A stretch of DNA of 64,000 nt from an uncultured Actinomycetes bacterium (GTDB lineage Bacteria > Actinomycetota > Thermoleophilia > Gaiellales > Gaiellaceae). The position numbers and the translations under genes are program-made. Below the pieces are notes generated by a model. The model made no database searches, had not been told where the DNA came from, and saw only the letters and a program-made list of their open reading frames with translations. The DNA lies in assembly GCA_963823385.1 (NCBI GenBank), contig CAWGLI010000002.1:310708-374707 (forward strand), read 5' to 3'. Positions 46,982-59,655 of the stretch are shown one piece after another; position 1 is the stretch's first letter, and every line of letters starts with the position of its first letter.

Positions 46982-48070
46982 CAGGCGCGAACGATGAACA
47001 CTGGAGTGCCGACGTCGACGCGCTCGAAGAGCCATTCGACCTCGGGGATGAACATGCGCACGCACCCATGCGATGCGGAGTAGCCGATGGACGACGCGTC
47101 GGGCGTGCCGTGAATGCCGACGTACGGTGCCGAGATCCCCATCCACCGTGTGCCGAGCGGGTTGCCCGGCCCCGGCGGCACCGGCTCCTTGCCTTTCGCC
47201 CAGGCCGAGGTCTGCGGCGGGTACCACCACGGGTCTCGCTGCTTGACGACGACCTCGAAGCGTCCGATCGGGGTCGGGTACGCGGACTGACCGGTGGCGA
47301 CGCGGAACACACGGCGCAGCTTCATGCCCGACGGGACGTGCTCGTAGAGGTAGAGCTTGCGGGACTCACGGCGGATCACGATCACGTCGTCGAACTCCGA
47401 GTCGCGGACGACTGCCGGGACGTCCCGGAAGGGGAGCTGAAGCGGATCTCTATCGTGTGTCTTCAGCTGTCGCCGGATCGCTCGGCGCGCGAGGACCTGG
47501 TTCAACGCGCGGCCAGGCTTGGAGGCTACCGCGGCCGGCACGAGACCATTGAGGCGTAGCGTGGCGTCGACGGGCTCGCGTTCGAGCTCACGCGCCAACC
47601 GGGCGACGAACCGTTCCAGCCGGCGCTCCTGGATCGTGACGGAGAGCGGGACGCGGAAGCCCTCGCGCCGTACGCTCACGGCCGTCCTGATCGCCTTGTC
47701 GAGAGCAGCGACGACGCCGAGCTCCTTGGCCGTCACCTTGATGCGACGTGTCGGTGACACGACGAGCGGCAGCGTGCGCTGGAATCGCTGGCGGACGAGA
47801 CGCAGCGCCTCCGCGCGCGTGAGCCCACCGACGAGCGTTCCGCCAATCGTGACACCGGCGACGATCGTCTTCGGACGTGGACGTGGACGTGGACGACGGT
47901 GTCGGCCCGGTCTCGGTCGGCGGCGCCGTCTCGGTCGGCTCCGCTGTGGTCGTCGTCTCGCCATCCGTGCCCTCCTCGGCGCCCGCGTTCGGGACTGCGA
48001 GCACGAGAGCAACGAAAACACCTGCAAATCCGCAGGCGACGAGAGCGCCAACTGATACGACGCGCCTCAT
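46981..48070 (-). pseudogene. L,D-transpeptidase (YkuD) with apparent frameshift near 47890
   Basis: Signal peptide and Thr-rich linker in one frame; PKTIVAG...HGT...SHGCVRM in another. The shift lies at a (CCACGT)x3 repeat. Confidence 0.8.
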
Positions 48071-48858
48071 GAATCCAGTGTAGCCACGAAGATGTGGGGA
48101 TCGTTCGTGATCACCCCGTCGACCCCTGCTGCCGTCACGCGGGCGAGGTCGGCAGGCTCGTCGACCGTCCAGGCGAGCACCGGGAGCCCTACCGAGTGCG
48201 CGGTCGCAACGACCGCTTCGGTGACGAGACGGTGCTCGAGCATTACCGCGGACGCGCCGGCTCGACGCGCGAGACGTGGCAGACGGTACGGGATCGAGGC
48301 GCGCAGCGCCGACAACCCGAGCGCTACCACGGGCCACAGCCGCGGTCGCCGTGAAACGCCGAGCCTGTCCTCCGGGTACGTGAGCCCGATGCGAATGGCG
48401 GGCGCGTGACGAGCGACGTCGTGCAGACGCCGAGTGTGGAACGCGCTGACGACGGTGCGTTCGGCGAGACCTCGTCTCACGATCGCCGCGGCCAGCTCGT
48501 CGAGGCGTGTCCGCAGCTTGAGATCGACGTGCAACCCGACGTGAGGTGCCTCCTCGGCAAAGAAGGTGAGCGCTTCGTCGAGCGTCGGGAGCTCGGGTGC
48601 GACGGCGCGTACCTCGTCGAGCGTGAGCGACCGCACGCTGCCGGAGGCAACTCCGTGGCTGACCTCCGCCAGATGGTTCGAATGCGCGAGCACGAGCGGG
48701 CCGTGCGAAAGATCGAGAACGTCGAACTCCACGACATCGACGCCGGCTTCGACGGCGGCTCTGAGCGACCGAATCGTGTTCTCCGGTGCGAGCGCAGACG
48801 CACCACGATGACCGATGCGTAGTGGAGTTCCGTCTTGGCGACGCCGCAGGTCGATCAC
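48067..48858 (-). CDS. Glycerophosphodiester phosphodiesterase
   Basis: IGHRGAS...PENT, EFDV, HVDLK and AWTVD motifs. Confidence 0.9.
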   Translation of the reverse strand: MIDLRRRQDGTPLRIGHRGASALAPENTIRSLRAAVEAGVDVVEFDVLDLSHGPLVLAHSNHLAEVSHGVASGSVRSLTLDEVRAVAPELPTLDEALTFFAEEAPHVGLHVDLKLRTRLDELAAAIVRRGLAERTVVSAFHTRRLHDVARHAPAIRIGLTYPEDRLGVSRRPRLWPVVALGLSALRASIPYRLPRLARRAGASAVMLEHRLVTEAVVATAHSVGLPVLAWTVDEPADLARVTAAGVDGVITNDPHIFVATLDS

Positions 48859-48889
48859 TCGATGTCCGATCCCGCCTGCCGCGTGACGA

Positions 48890-49123
48890 TCAGAGACCGA
48901 AGAGTTGTTCGATCTGGCGGGAGAGACCTGCAGCGAGCGCCACGACGCCCGCGAGCAACGCGACGAGGACGACCCAGAAGCGGACGCCGGCGCGCCGCAC
49001 CCGCCTGTTCCGCTCGGTGCGCGCACGACGGCGCGCACGGTGAAAGCGGTACGCGCGCTCGACTGCCTGCGGGTCGACCGGGACCGTCTCCTGCCGCGCC
49101 TCTTGCTGCAGCTGCTTGGGCAC
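48890..49123 (-). CDS. Small hypothetical membrane protein
   Basis: VPKQLQQ...YRFHRARRRAR...FWVVLVALL. Confidence 0.6.
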   Translation of the reverse strand: MPKQLQQEARQETVPVDPQAVERAYRFHRARRRARTERNRRVRRAGVRFWVVLVALLAGVVALAAGLSRQIEQLFGL

Positions 49124-49179
49124 ACGAGAAGTGTACGACCGTGACAGCGACCGCCGCGATCGACCATACTGTTCCCCCG

Positions 49180-49623
49180 ATGAGCACCGAACGGTCACAC
49201 GGACGCGCGGCCCTCGAGCACGGCGGCGTCGCCTTCGGAGACCAACTGGGCTTCGTGTCCGGCCTGGTGCTCGCGCTCTCGTCCTTCACCGGCTGGTACA
49301 CGGGATCGGGAGAGGGCGTCACGGTGTCCGTGCTCGCCTGGCACAGCGGAACGTTGGGCAAGCTCGTGTTCGTCTTCGGAGCCGTGATCGTCGCGCTCAC
49401 GGTGCTTCGCGGCTTCGGCATCACGATGCCCGCCACCGTGCCGGAGAGCCTCGTGTCGATCTCCATCGGTGTCCTGGCGACGATCTTCGTGCTCGTTCGC
49501 TTGATCTCCATCCCTGACGACTTCTTCTTCGCCGGGCGGGGCATCGGGATCTGGATCTCCTTGGTCGGCGCGATCGGCGTGATTGCGGCGGGGCTGCTCC
49601 AGGCCTCCGAAGAGATGGCGTAG
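49180..49623 (+). CDS. Four-helix membrane protein of unknown function
   Basis: Hydrophobic ORF with GRGIGIWISL. Confidence 0.7.
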   Translation: MSTERSHGRAALEHGGVAFGDQLGFVSGLVLALSSFTGWYTGSGEGVTVSVLAWHSGTLGKLVFVFGAVIVALTVLRGFGITMPATVPESLVSISIGVLATIFVLVRLISIPDDFFFAGRGIGIWISLVGAIGVIAAGLLQASEEMA

Positions 49624-49647
49624 CGCGCCTCGAAGCGACCTGGATGA

Positions 49648-49869
49648 TTACGGGGTGGTCGCAGGCTTCTGTGGCAGTGGCTCCAGAGTGCGCACGATCG
49701 TCACCGTCCCGCCGGGCTCCGGATCGTCGCGGAGTGCCATGCCCACCGCGACACCGATCGCGAAGACGACGACCGTGAGGCAGACGCCGACGACTGCGCG
49801 CAGGCCGCGACGACGGCGGCGCGGTCGACGGCGACGCTGGGACGCGGATGGCTGCTCGAGCGTGGTCAC
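49648..49869 (-). CDS. Small single-TM hypothetical protein
   Basis: Arg-rich stretch then a TM helix; GTG overlaps the upstream stop. Confidence 0.6.
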   Translation of the reverse strand: MTTLEQPSASQRRRRPRRRRRGLRAVVGVCLTVVVFAIGVAVGMALRDDPEPGGTVTIVRTLEPLPQKPATTP

Positions 49870-50183
49870 GGGATGAAATCGACCGCGTGAGCGCTCGCGA
49901 GCTGGAATGCCGCGTCGGTGACCAGGGCCAGCGTCCCCTGTGACCAGGGTGCGGGCGCGCGGTCGTCGACGATGGCGCGAGCCCAACGCTCCGAGCCGAG
50001 ATAGGCGTCGGTCAGCTCGGCGAGCGTGAACTGGTCGCCGAGCCTGCGCCGAAGCTCGTCCGACACCGCCTCGACCTGCCGATGGAGCGACTCCGGCTGC
50101 TCCGAACGAGAGGCCTCGGCTTCGAATCGACGCCGCCCCTCCTCCCAGTCGAGGCGGGCGCTCTCCACGGCGGCACTCGACAC
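49866..50183 (-). CDS. Hypothetical protein
   Basis: Coding-like composition (DELRRRLGDQFTLAELTDAY); operonic spacing. Confidence 0.6.
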   Translation of the reverse strand: MSSAAVESARLDWEEGRRRFEAEASRSEQPESLHRQVEAVSDELRRRLGDQFTLAELTDAYLGSERWARAIVDDRAPAPWSQGTLALVTDAAFQLASAHAVDFIP

Positions 50184-50188
50184 GATGC

Positions 50189-50686
50189 CTACTCCGGAGC
50201 GCAGCAGCGCTCGCTGGGCCAGAGGTCGCCGAGCTCCTGGATCACTCTCTCCCCGAGGGCGTAGCCAGGACGGGCCAACGCATAGGCGACGTGTGCGTGC
50301 AGGCACTTCAATTGCAGCGGGCTCCGCGAGCCGCCGATGCCCGAGTCGAGCGAAGCCCCGCTGTCCGCGCCGCGCCTGTCCCCGGCGAGCGCCGCCCGAA
50401 CCTCACCCTGTTCGACCGTTGCGCGCTCGACCGACGAGCGGAGAACGGGCTCCTCGACGAGCCGCGAGCTCCAACGCTCGACGCCTCCCGCCGCCTCGAG
50501 GCGGGAGACGGCTGCCACGAGATGACGGCACGTGAGGTAGTAGGTCGTCGGAAACGGGTTGCCTTCGTCGTCGTACGGATCCTGCTCCGTGACGGCGGGG
50601 CGTCCCCAGGCGCAACGGACGGCGACGCGCCGGAACGCACGCGGCGTGCGTCCCAGCTGCAGCGCGACGACCTCACGATCCTCCAT
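50189..50686 (-). CDS. DUF501 family protein
   Basis: QLGR, PFPTTYYLTC and KCLHAH motifs; typical eno-ftsB-DUF501 context. Confidence 0.9.
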   Translation of the reverse strand: MEDREVVALQLGRTPRAFRRVAVRCAWGRPAVTEQDPYDDEGNPFPTTYYLTCRHLVAAVSRLEAAGGVERWSSRLVEEPVLRSSVERATVEQGEVRAALAGDRRGADSGASLDSGIGGSRSPLQLKCLHAHVAYALARPGYALGERVIQELGDLWPSERCCAPE

Positions 50687-51059
50687 CGTCCGACACCGTA
50701 CCGTCAGCCCGGCGCCACGCAGGTATCCCTTTGACGATGAAGAGCTGCTCACCCGGTCGCACGAGCCCGAGTCGCCTCGCCTCGCGCGCGAGGGCGACGA
50801 GGCTCGTCGATCGCTCGAGGCGTGCTTCGAGCTGCGACTTCTCGGCCCTCAGCGACACGACTTCCGCCCGCCGCGCGGAGAGGTCGCTCCGCGTCTCGAC
50901 GTATCGCGCGAGCGGCTGCGCGTAGAGGAAGCCCGCGATCGCGAGTACGAGGATCGGTACGACGAGCCTTAGTCGCCGCGGCCGCAGTCGCGCGAAGCGA
51001 GCGCGCCTGGCGGTCGCTTTTCGCCGCGGGCGGCCCTTTGTTCCCCCGACCCGAGTCAT
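50673..51059 (-). CDS. Septum formation initiator (FtsB/DivIC family)
   Basis: TM segment, coiled coil and AREARRLGLVRPGE motif. Confidence 0.85.
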   Translation of the reverse strand: MTRVGGTKGRPRRKATARRARFARLRPRRLRLVVPILVLAIAGFLYAQPLARYVETRSDLSARRAEVVSLRAEKSQLEARLERSTSLVALAREARRLGLVRPGEQLFIVKGIPAWRRADGTVSDDGGS

Positions 51060-51106
51060 GCCCGCTCATTCGCCGCGGTCGGCGCGAGGTCCTCCCGGGG
51101 GGATCG

Positions 51107-52518
51107 CTACGCGATGTCGACCTTGATCACGTTGGTCGAGCCCGGGATGTTCACGGCCGTGCCTGCCGTGATCACGACCCGATCGCCCGGCGAGACGAAC
51201 CCGGCTTCGCGTGCTGCACTCACCGACCGGCTCCAGAGATCCTCGACGTCGTCGGTCTCGGGGATCGCCATGGGTGTCACCCCCCACTCGAGCGCCAGGT
51301 GACGCAGCGACTCGACCTTGTGCGTGAGGGCGACGATGGCCCGCCGCGGACGCAACCGCGCGACGGCGGACGCCGTTCGTCCCGTGAAGGTGGGCACCAG
51401 GAGCGCGCTCGCAGACAGCGCCTCGGCGATGTCACAGGCAGCGTTGGACATCGCCTGGCCGATCGTGGGATTGTCGGCCGCGCGTGGGATCTCGTGACGG
51501 TAGTCGAGGCTCGGCTCGACGGCCAGCGCGATTCGGTCCATCACCTGCACCGCCTGCACGGGGTACTCGCCGACAGCGGTCTCCCCCGAGAGCATCACGG
51601 CCGAGGTTCCATCGAGGACGGCGTTCGCGACGTCGGAGGCCTCGGCGCGTGTCGGCTCGGGGGCGTGGATCATCGACTCCAGCATCTGCGTCGCGGTGAT
51701 CACGGGCTTTCCCCGCTCGAGGGCGTGGGCGATGATGCGCTTCTGGAGGAGCGGCACGTCCGCCGCACCGATCTCCACGCCGAGGTCGCCGCGGGCCACC
51801 ATCACCGCATCCGACTCCCTGAGCACGTCATCGAGAGCCGCGACCGCCTCTGCCTTCTCGATCTTGGCAATCACCCACGCCGAGGAGCCGCGAGCCTCGA
51901 GATACGTGCGGAGGGCGCGCACGTCAGCTGCTGAGCGCACGAAGGAGAGCGCGACGTAGTCGACTCCCTGCTCGACGGCCCAGTCGACGTCGTCGAAGTC
52001 CTTGCGCGTGAGCGAAGCGATCGGCAACGAGACGCCCGGCAGGTTGACACCCTTGTGGGACGTGATCGTGCCGCCGGTGACGACGTCGCAGACGGCACGA
52101 CCGCCCTCCATGGTGCGGACTCGGAGTCGGACGAGGCCATCGTCGATGAGCACGTCGATCCCGGCGGCGAGCACCGAGCCGATCACCGAAGGCGCCACCG
52201 GCAGGTCGTCTCCCTTCGCCTGGTCCTGCGCGGCGACCACGCAGGTTCCGCCGCGCTCGAGGAGAAGCGGCGCTGCCAGCTCACCGATTCGCAGCTTCGG
52301 TCCCTGCAGGTCGGCGATGAGCGCAATCGGTCGCCCCGCCGCCGCCTCCGCCTCACGCAGGCGCTCGGCGCTGACGGCATGGTTCTCCTGTGTTCCGTGT
52401 GACATGTTGAGGCGCGCGCCGTCGATGCCCGCTTCGATCAGGGCAGCTATCGCCTCGGGGCTCGACGACGCCGGCCCGATCGTGGCCACGATCTTCGTAC
52501 GCCGCATGCGCTTCGACA

Positions 52519-52519
<1 letters not shown>
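51107..52519 (-). CDS. pyk: Pyruvate kinase
   Basis: RRTKIVATIGP, AKIEK, MVARGDLG and TATQMLESM motifs; ATG overlaps the eno stop. Confidence 0.95.
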
Positions 52520-54697
<2,178 letters not shown>

Positions 54698-54710
54698 CCC
54701 GTCCCCCTGC

Positions 54711-55715
54711 CTATCCGTCCGAGTCGACGCTCGCAGTGGCCGGGGGCTCGTACCCTGCGGCGTACGTCGTCTTGCTCTCGTACTTCTTGGCGAGATCCTC
54801 TGCCCATTTGGTGACGGCGTCGTTCTGCTTCGTCTGCTCGAGCTGCGACTTGATCTGCGCCTTCGCCTCGGCGAGCGATGTGACCTTCCCTGGCTTGACG
54901 GCGCCGATGGGCATGATCAGGTGGTAGCCGTACTCCGTCTTCACGGGGCGGGAGACGACACCGGTCTTCAGCAGAAATGCGGTCTTGTCGAACGCCTCGA
55001 CGGTCTGCCCCTGTGCGATGGTGAGCTTGCCGCCGTTGTCCTTCGAGCCCGGGTCCTCCGAGTGCTGCTTCGCGAGCGCGGCGAAGTCGGCGCCACCCTC
55101 GAGCTCGGCGTAGAGCTTGTCGGCCTCGGCCTTCGTCTTGACGAGGATGTGGCGGACGTCACGCGCCTCCGGGACGGTGAACTGGGCCTTGTTCGCCTCG
55201 TAGTACTCCGCGATCTCGGCGTCGGTCGTCCCCGACTCGCCGGAAATCGACGCCACGAGCCTCTCTGACAGGAGCTGCGCCCGGATCTCGACGCGGACGT
55301 CCTCCTCCGTATAGCCCTGCGCCTCGAGCGCCTTCTGCCACTCGGCGTCGTCGCCCTGGAAGCTCTGCTGCTTCACCTCGTCGATGCGCTTGTCGACCTC
55401 CTCGTCGGTGACCTCGATGCCGCGCTCGGCAGCCTCGAGGTCGTACTGCGCACGCTGCACGAGGTACGCAACGGCCTGAGTCTGCAGTGACTGGTACTCG
55501 GGGGTGCCCGCCTTCGGGAAGTCCCGCTGCTGCTGCTCGTAGGAGATCTTGGCGCGTCCGAGCATGTCCTCCAGATCGGTCTTCGCGACCGTGACGCCGT
55601 CCACCACGGCGACTGCGCCGGTCGGCAGCTCGTCGTCGGCCCCACCGCAGCCTGCAGCGACCAGCAGGGCAGTGAGGGCAAGCAGGGCGAGAGCGAGGCG
55701 CGTGGCGTTCTTCAT
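54711..55715 (-). CDS. PrsA/SurA-type peptidylprolyl isomerase lipoprotein
   Basis: Lipobox AAGC, RHILV, SEDPGSKDNGG and YGYHLI motifs. Confidence 0.9.
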   Translation of the reverse strand: MKNATRLALALLALTALLVAAGCGGADDELPTGAVAVVDGVTVAKTDLEDMLGRAKISYEQQQRDFPKAGTPEYQSLQTQAVAYLVQRAQYDLEAAERGIEVTDEEVDKRIDEVKQQSFQGDDAEWQKALEAQGYTEEDVRVEIRAQLLSERLVASISGESGTTDAEIAEYYEANKAQFTVPEARDVRHILVKTKAEADKLYAELEGGADFAALAKQHSEDPGSKDNGGKLTIAQGQTVEAFDKTAFLLKTGVVSRPVKTEYGYHLIMPIGAVKPGKVTSLAEAKAQIKSQLEQTKQNDAVTKWAEDLAKKYESKTTYAAGYEPPATASVDSDG

Positions 55716-55848
55716 TGTCCCGGAAGGTCCTTTTTTGTCGATGCCGTCGAGGAGAAGCTGGTTCTTTATAGATGGCCGTCGGTTCAGGTGCGGTTACGAC
55801 GTGTTCGCGTTCTCGGGGGCAACTCCCTGACAGAGCAAGAGCCGCGCG

Positions 55849-58800
55849 TCAGGCGGCCCGTCGGGCGTCAACGATAGCAGCGGCCAGGTCGAGCGCTCCC
55901 CCCAGGCCTTCGGCCCTGACCGTGACCTCGCGCTTTGCCGACGTGTACACAGCCGTGTCGACGAGTGCCCGCAGCGCCCGCACCTCGCTCGATCCGAGAC
56001 CGACGGGGCCGATCGTCGCCCGCCCCCCACGCAGCACGAGGTAGTCGGCGCCGGCAGCCGCGATCCGCAGGCGCGCCTCCTGGATCTGGAAGAGCGTCTC
56101 GACGGGCTCCGGTACCGGCCCGTAGCGATCCTCGGTCGCCGCCCGCAGCTCACGCAGCTCGTCCTCGTGCTCGACGAGGGCAAGACGCCGGTGCAGGTCG
56201 ATCTTGAGCGCCTCCGACGCGACGTACTCGGCGGGGACGTACGCGTCCACGCGGGCGTCGACGCGTACCGGCCGGGTCACCGGACGGGCCTCGCCGGCCA
56301 GTTCGGCAACCGCTTCGGCCAGCATCTCGACATAGAGCTCGAAGCCGAGCGCGGCGACGTGCCCCGACTGCTCGGCCCCGAGCAGGTCGCCGGCGCCGCG
56401 GATCTCGAGATCGCGCATCGCGATCTGGAACCCGGCTCCGAGCTCCGTGTGATCGGCCAGCGTGGCGAGCCGCGCGCGCGCCTCGGGGGTCAGCTCGTCG
56501 GCCGACGGGTAGAAGAGATAGGCATGAGCCGTGACGTCGGAGCGGCCGACACGTCCTCTGATCTGGTAGAGCTGGGAGAGTCCGAGCATGTCGGCGCGCT
56601 CGACGACGAGCGTATTGGCCTGGGGGATGTCGAGCCCCGACTCGATGATCGTCGTGGACACGAGAACATCGGCGTCTCCGGCCAGGAACGCATGCATGCG
56701 CTCCTCGAGCTCCCGCTCCGCCATCTGGCCGTGCGCGACGAGCACGCGGAGACTCGGGCAGAGTTGTCGAACCTTCTCGGCCGCCTCGTCGATCGTCTCG
56801 ACCCGGTTGTGGAGGTAGAAGGACTGGCCTCCGCGCGCGTGTTCCCGTTCGAGAGCGACGCGGATCAGCTCGTCGTCGATCTCCCCGACCGTCGTGCGGA
56901 TCGGGCGCCGGCCCTCCGGCGGCGTCTCGATGATCGAGATGTCGCGCAACCCGGCGAGTGACATGTGCAGGGTGCGCGGGATGGGCGTCGCCGACAGCGC
57001 GAGGACGTCCACCTCGAGGCGAAGGGCGCGTAGCAACTCCTTTTGGGCGACGCCGAACCGCTGCTCCTCGTCGACGACCACGAGACCGAGGTCCTTGGGG
57101 ATGACGTCACGGGAGAGGATGCGGTGCGTGCCCACGAGGACTTCGACCTTCCCCTCGGTGAAGTCGCGTAGAGCCTGCTTCGCCTCGGCGGGGCGGCGAA
57201 AGCGCGAGATCATCTCGACCCGGACCGGGAAGTCGCGATAGCGCTCCCGGAACGTGTTCCAGTGCTGCTCCGCAAGGATCGTGGTCGGGCAGAGGACGAG
57301 TGCCTGCTTGCCGTTCGTGACGACGGCGAACACGGCACGGACCGCGACTTCCGTCTTGCCGAACCCGACGTCACCACAGACGAGCCGGTCCATGGGGTTG
57401 GCAGCCTCGAGGTCGTCGTTGACGGCCTCGATCGCCCGAGCCTGGTCGTCGGTCTCCCGGTACGGGAAGGACGCGTCGAGCTGTTCGAGCCACTCGCCGG
57501 AGAGATCGTACGAGACCCCCTGTGCACGACGCCGTTGGGCGTACAGGCCGAGCAGTTCGCCGGCGAGCTCTCGCACCGACGCCCGCGCTCGCGCCCGAAG
57601 CGTCTGCCAGGACTTGCCGCCCAGCTTGGAGAGGGTCGGCGCTCGCGCGTCAGCGCCGACGTAGCGCGACAGCTTGCCGATCTGCTCGTGCGGGACGTAC
57701 AGCCGGTCGTCGCCCTTGAACGCGAGGAAGAGGTAGTCGCGCGTGACGCCCGCGACATCCTTCGTCTCGAAGCCGATGAGCTTGCCGACGCCGTGATCTT
57801 CGTGGACGACGGCGTCACCGACGCGGAGATCGGCGAACGAGGCCAACGCCCTGCCCAGCCGCGCATCGCCGCGCGGCGGCCGCTTGCGGAAGACCTGCGT
57901 GTCGGGAAAGAGCGCGACGCGAAGCTCACGCGAGACGAAGCCGCGGCGTGCCGGTGAGACCGTGAAGCGCGTCGCCGGTTCGGTCGGGAGATCCTGGCCC
58001 GTCTCGAGCAGCGGAGCATCGACGCGGCGCAGGAGCGCCTGCTGCCGCAGCGCCTCGCCACGGTGCGCGAACGCGACGACGACTCGAAGACCGGACCGTG
58101 TCAGCCCGCCGAGCTCGTTCTCGGCCTCGGAGAGGCCCCGCACTGCCAGCGCCGGGCGCTGCGCCTCGAACGCGAACGCCTGACCCCTCGGGAAGGAGTC
58201 GAGCGCGGCCACGCCGTCGAGCGCGACCGGATCAAGACCTTCCTCCTGCCAGACGGCACGCACCTCGTCGGGCCGCCAGACGAGATCGGGTGCCCTGTCG
58301 AGCGCCGGCACGAGGTCGGCCGGAACGGTCTGCGACCGACCGTCCTCACTCCCGAGCGAGAGGTCTGTGTGATCGAGGCTCCTCTCTGCTGCAGGGTGCA
58401 CGACGGCCTCGTCGACGGTGCGCAGAGCGCGTTGGGTGAACGGCGAGAAGACGCGTATCTGCTCGACCTCGTCACCGAAGAACTCGATCCTGAACGGCTC
58501 GCGCCCGGTGCTCGGGAACACGTCGACGATGCCGCCGCGCACCGCGAACTGCCCGCGCTCGGACGCACGGTCGACGCGGTCGTAGCCGCCCTGCGCGAGC
58601 TGTTCGGCGAGTGAGTCGATCCCCGGCTCGTCACCGGCTCGCACGACGATCTTGGTGGGCCGAGCAGTCGTCGGTGGCATCCCCTCGGCGAGCGCCGCTG
58701 CTGACGCACACACGAGCCCTCCGGCAGCGAGCACGTCGAGGGCGCGGAAGCGCTCCCCGACCAGGTGCGGCGGGGGCTCGATGCCGGAGCCGTAGTGAAC

Positions 58801-59064
58801 GCCGCGCCCGGGCAGCAGGGCGACGCGATCGGCGCCCAGAAACCACGAGGCGGCTTCGGCGGCGTCCCGGGCATCAGCGTCCTCCGGCAGCAGGACGAGA
58901 ACGGCGCGCCCGAGCTCCGTGTGCACAGCGGCGAGGAGCAGCGGCAGGATCGGCTCGGACACACGGGCGCGCACAGGCAGTGCGCGCACGAATGCCTGCA
59001 GACGATCGGAGCGGCGGAGCTCCTCGACGAGAGGTGTGAGAGGTGTGATGGGTGTCGGGTCCAT
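55849..59064 (-). CDS. mfd: Transcription-repair coupling factor
   Basis: VHEDHGVG, CGDVGFGKTEV, DEEQRFG, SATPIPRTL and QIRGRVGR motifs. Confidence 0.96.
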   Translation of the reverse strand: MDPTPITPLTPLVEELRRSDRLQAFVRALPVRARVSEPILPLLLAAVHTELGRAVLVLLPEDADARDAAEAASWFLGADRVALLPGRGVHYGSGIEPPPHLVGERFRALDVLAAGGLVCASAAALAEGMPPTTARPTKIVVRAGDEPGIDSLAEQLAQGGYDRVDRASERGQFAVRGGIVDVFPSTGREPFRIEFFGDEVEQIRVFSPFTQRALRTVDEAVVHPAAERSLDHTDLSLGSEDGRSQTVPADLVPALDRAPDLVWRPDEVRAVWQEEGLDPVALDGVAALDSFPRGQAFAFEAQRPALAVRGLSEAENELGGLTRSGLRVVVAFAHRGEALRQQALLRRVDAPLLETGQDLPTEPATRFTVSPARRGFVSRELRVALFPDTQVFRKRPPRGDARLGRALASFADLRVGDAVVHEDHGVGKLIGFETKDVAGVTRDYLFLAFKGDDRLYVPHEQIGKLSRYVGADARAPTLSKLGGKSWQTLRARARASVRELAGELLGLYAQRRRAQGVSYDLSGEWLEQLDASFPYRETDDQARAIEAVNDDLEAANPMDRLVCGDVGFGKTEVAVRAVFAVVTNGKQALVLCPTTILAEQHWNTFRERYRDFPVRVEMISRFRRPAEAKQALRDFTEGKVEVLVGTHRILSRDVIPKDLGLVVVDEEQRFGVAQKELLRALRLEVDVLALSATPIPRTLHMSLAGLRDISIIETPPEGRRPIRTTVGEIDDELIRVALEREHARGGQSFYLHNRVETIDEAAEKVRQLCPSLRVLVAHGQMAERELEERMHAFLAGDADVLVSTTIIESGLDIPQANTLVVERADMLGLSQLYQIRGRVGRSDVTAHAYLFYPSADELTPEARARLATLADHTELGAGFQIAMRDLEIRGAGDLLGAEQSGHVAALGFELYVEMLAEAVAELAGEARPVTRPVRVDARVDAYVPAEYVASEALKIDLHRRLALVEHEDELRELRAATEDRYGPVPEPVETLFQIQEARLRIAAAGADYLVLRGGRATIGPVGLGSSEVRALRALVDTAVYTSAKREVTVRAEGLGGALDLAAAIVDARRAA

Positions 59065-59151
59065 GCGTTCGGCGGGGATCGCGCCCCGCGGGGGGATCGT
59101 AGCGTCGGGCCGCGGACCGCCCCGACGGTGTAGTCTCGATCGGAAGGCGCG

Positions 59152-59655
59152 ATGGTGGGACACCCGCTCAGAGCGATCGTCAAGGTCTCGCTTCTCTTCG
59201 GCGTGCTGTGGGGCGTCGGTCAGGTGCTGTCGCGGCGGCTCGAGGAGGGCGACGCGGAGTCGGACGAGTTCTCGATCGCGGCCATCTTCGGCGGGAGAGC
59301 GCGCGCCAGGAGTGCCGCGTCTCTACGCCACGGGCGGGTGATCGCTTGTTGCGGCGGCGTCGACCTCGACTTGCGAGCGGCGACGCTCGCACCGGACGGA
59401 GCGGAGTTGCTCGTTCAAGCGCTCATGGGCGGTGTGCAGGTGACGGTCCCGGCAGGCTGGCGGGTGACGGTCGATGCGGACACGATCGCCGGGGGCGTCG
59501 ACACAAACCTGACACCGCGGGAGGAGCTGCCGGACGAGGCGCCGTCGCTCCAGATCTCAGTCGTGGCACGGATGGGCGGCGTTGCGGTGACGACCGCGCC
59601 TCTCCACGAGGCGTTTGGCCCGACGACGGCGGACGGCGCTCTCGCCGTCAGTTGA
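59152..59655 (+). CDS. LiaF-like (DUF2154-type) cell-envelope protein
   Basis: IFGG, GGVDLDL and MGGVQVTVP repeats. Confidence 0.75.
   Translation: MVGHPLRAIVKVSLLFGVLWGVGQVLSRRLEEGDAESDEFSIAAIFGGRARARSAASLRHGRVIACCGGVDLDLRAATLAPDGAELLVQALMGGVQVTVPAGWRVTVDADTIAGGVDTNLTPREELPDEAPSLQISVVARMGGVAVTTAPLHEAFGPTTADGALAVS

Noticed and set aside
48067-49167. N-terminal extension of the glycerophosphodiester phosphodiesterase
   Set aside because: The upstream part overlaps another small gene; homology starts near GTG 48858.
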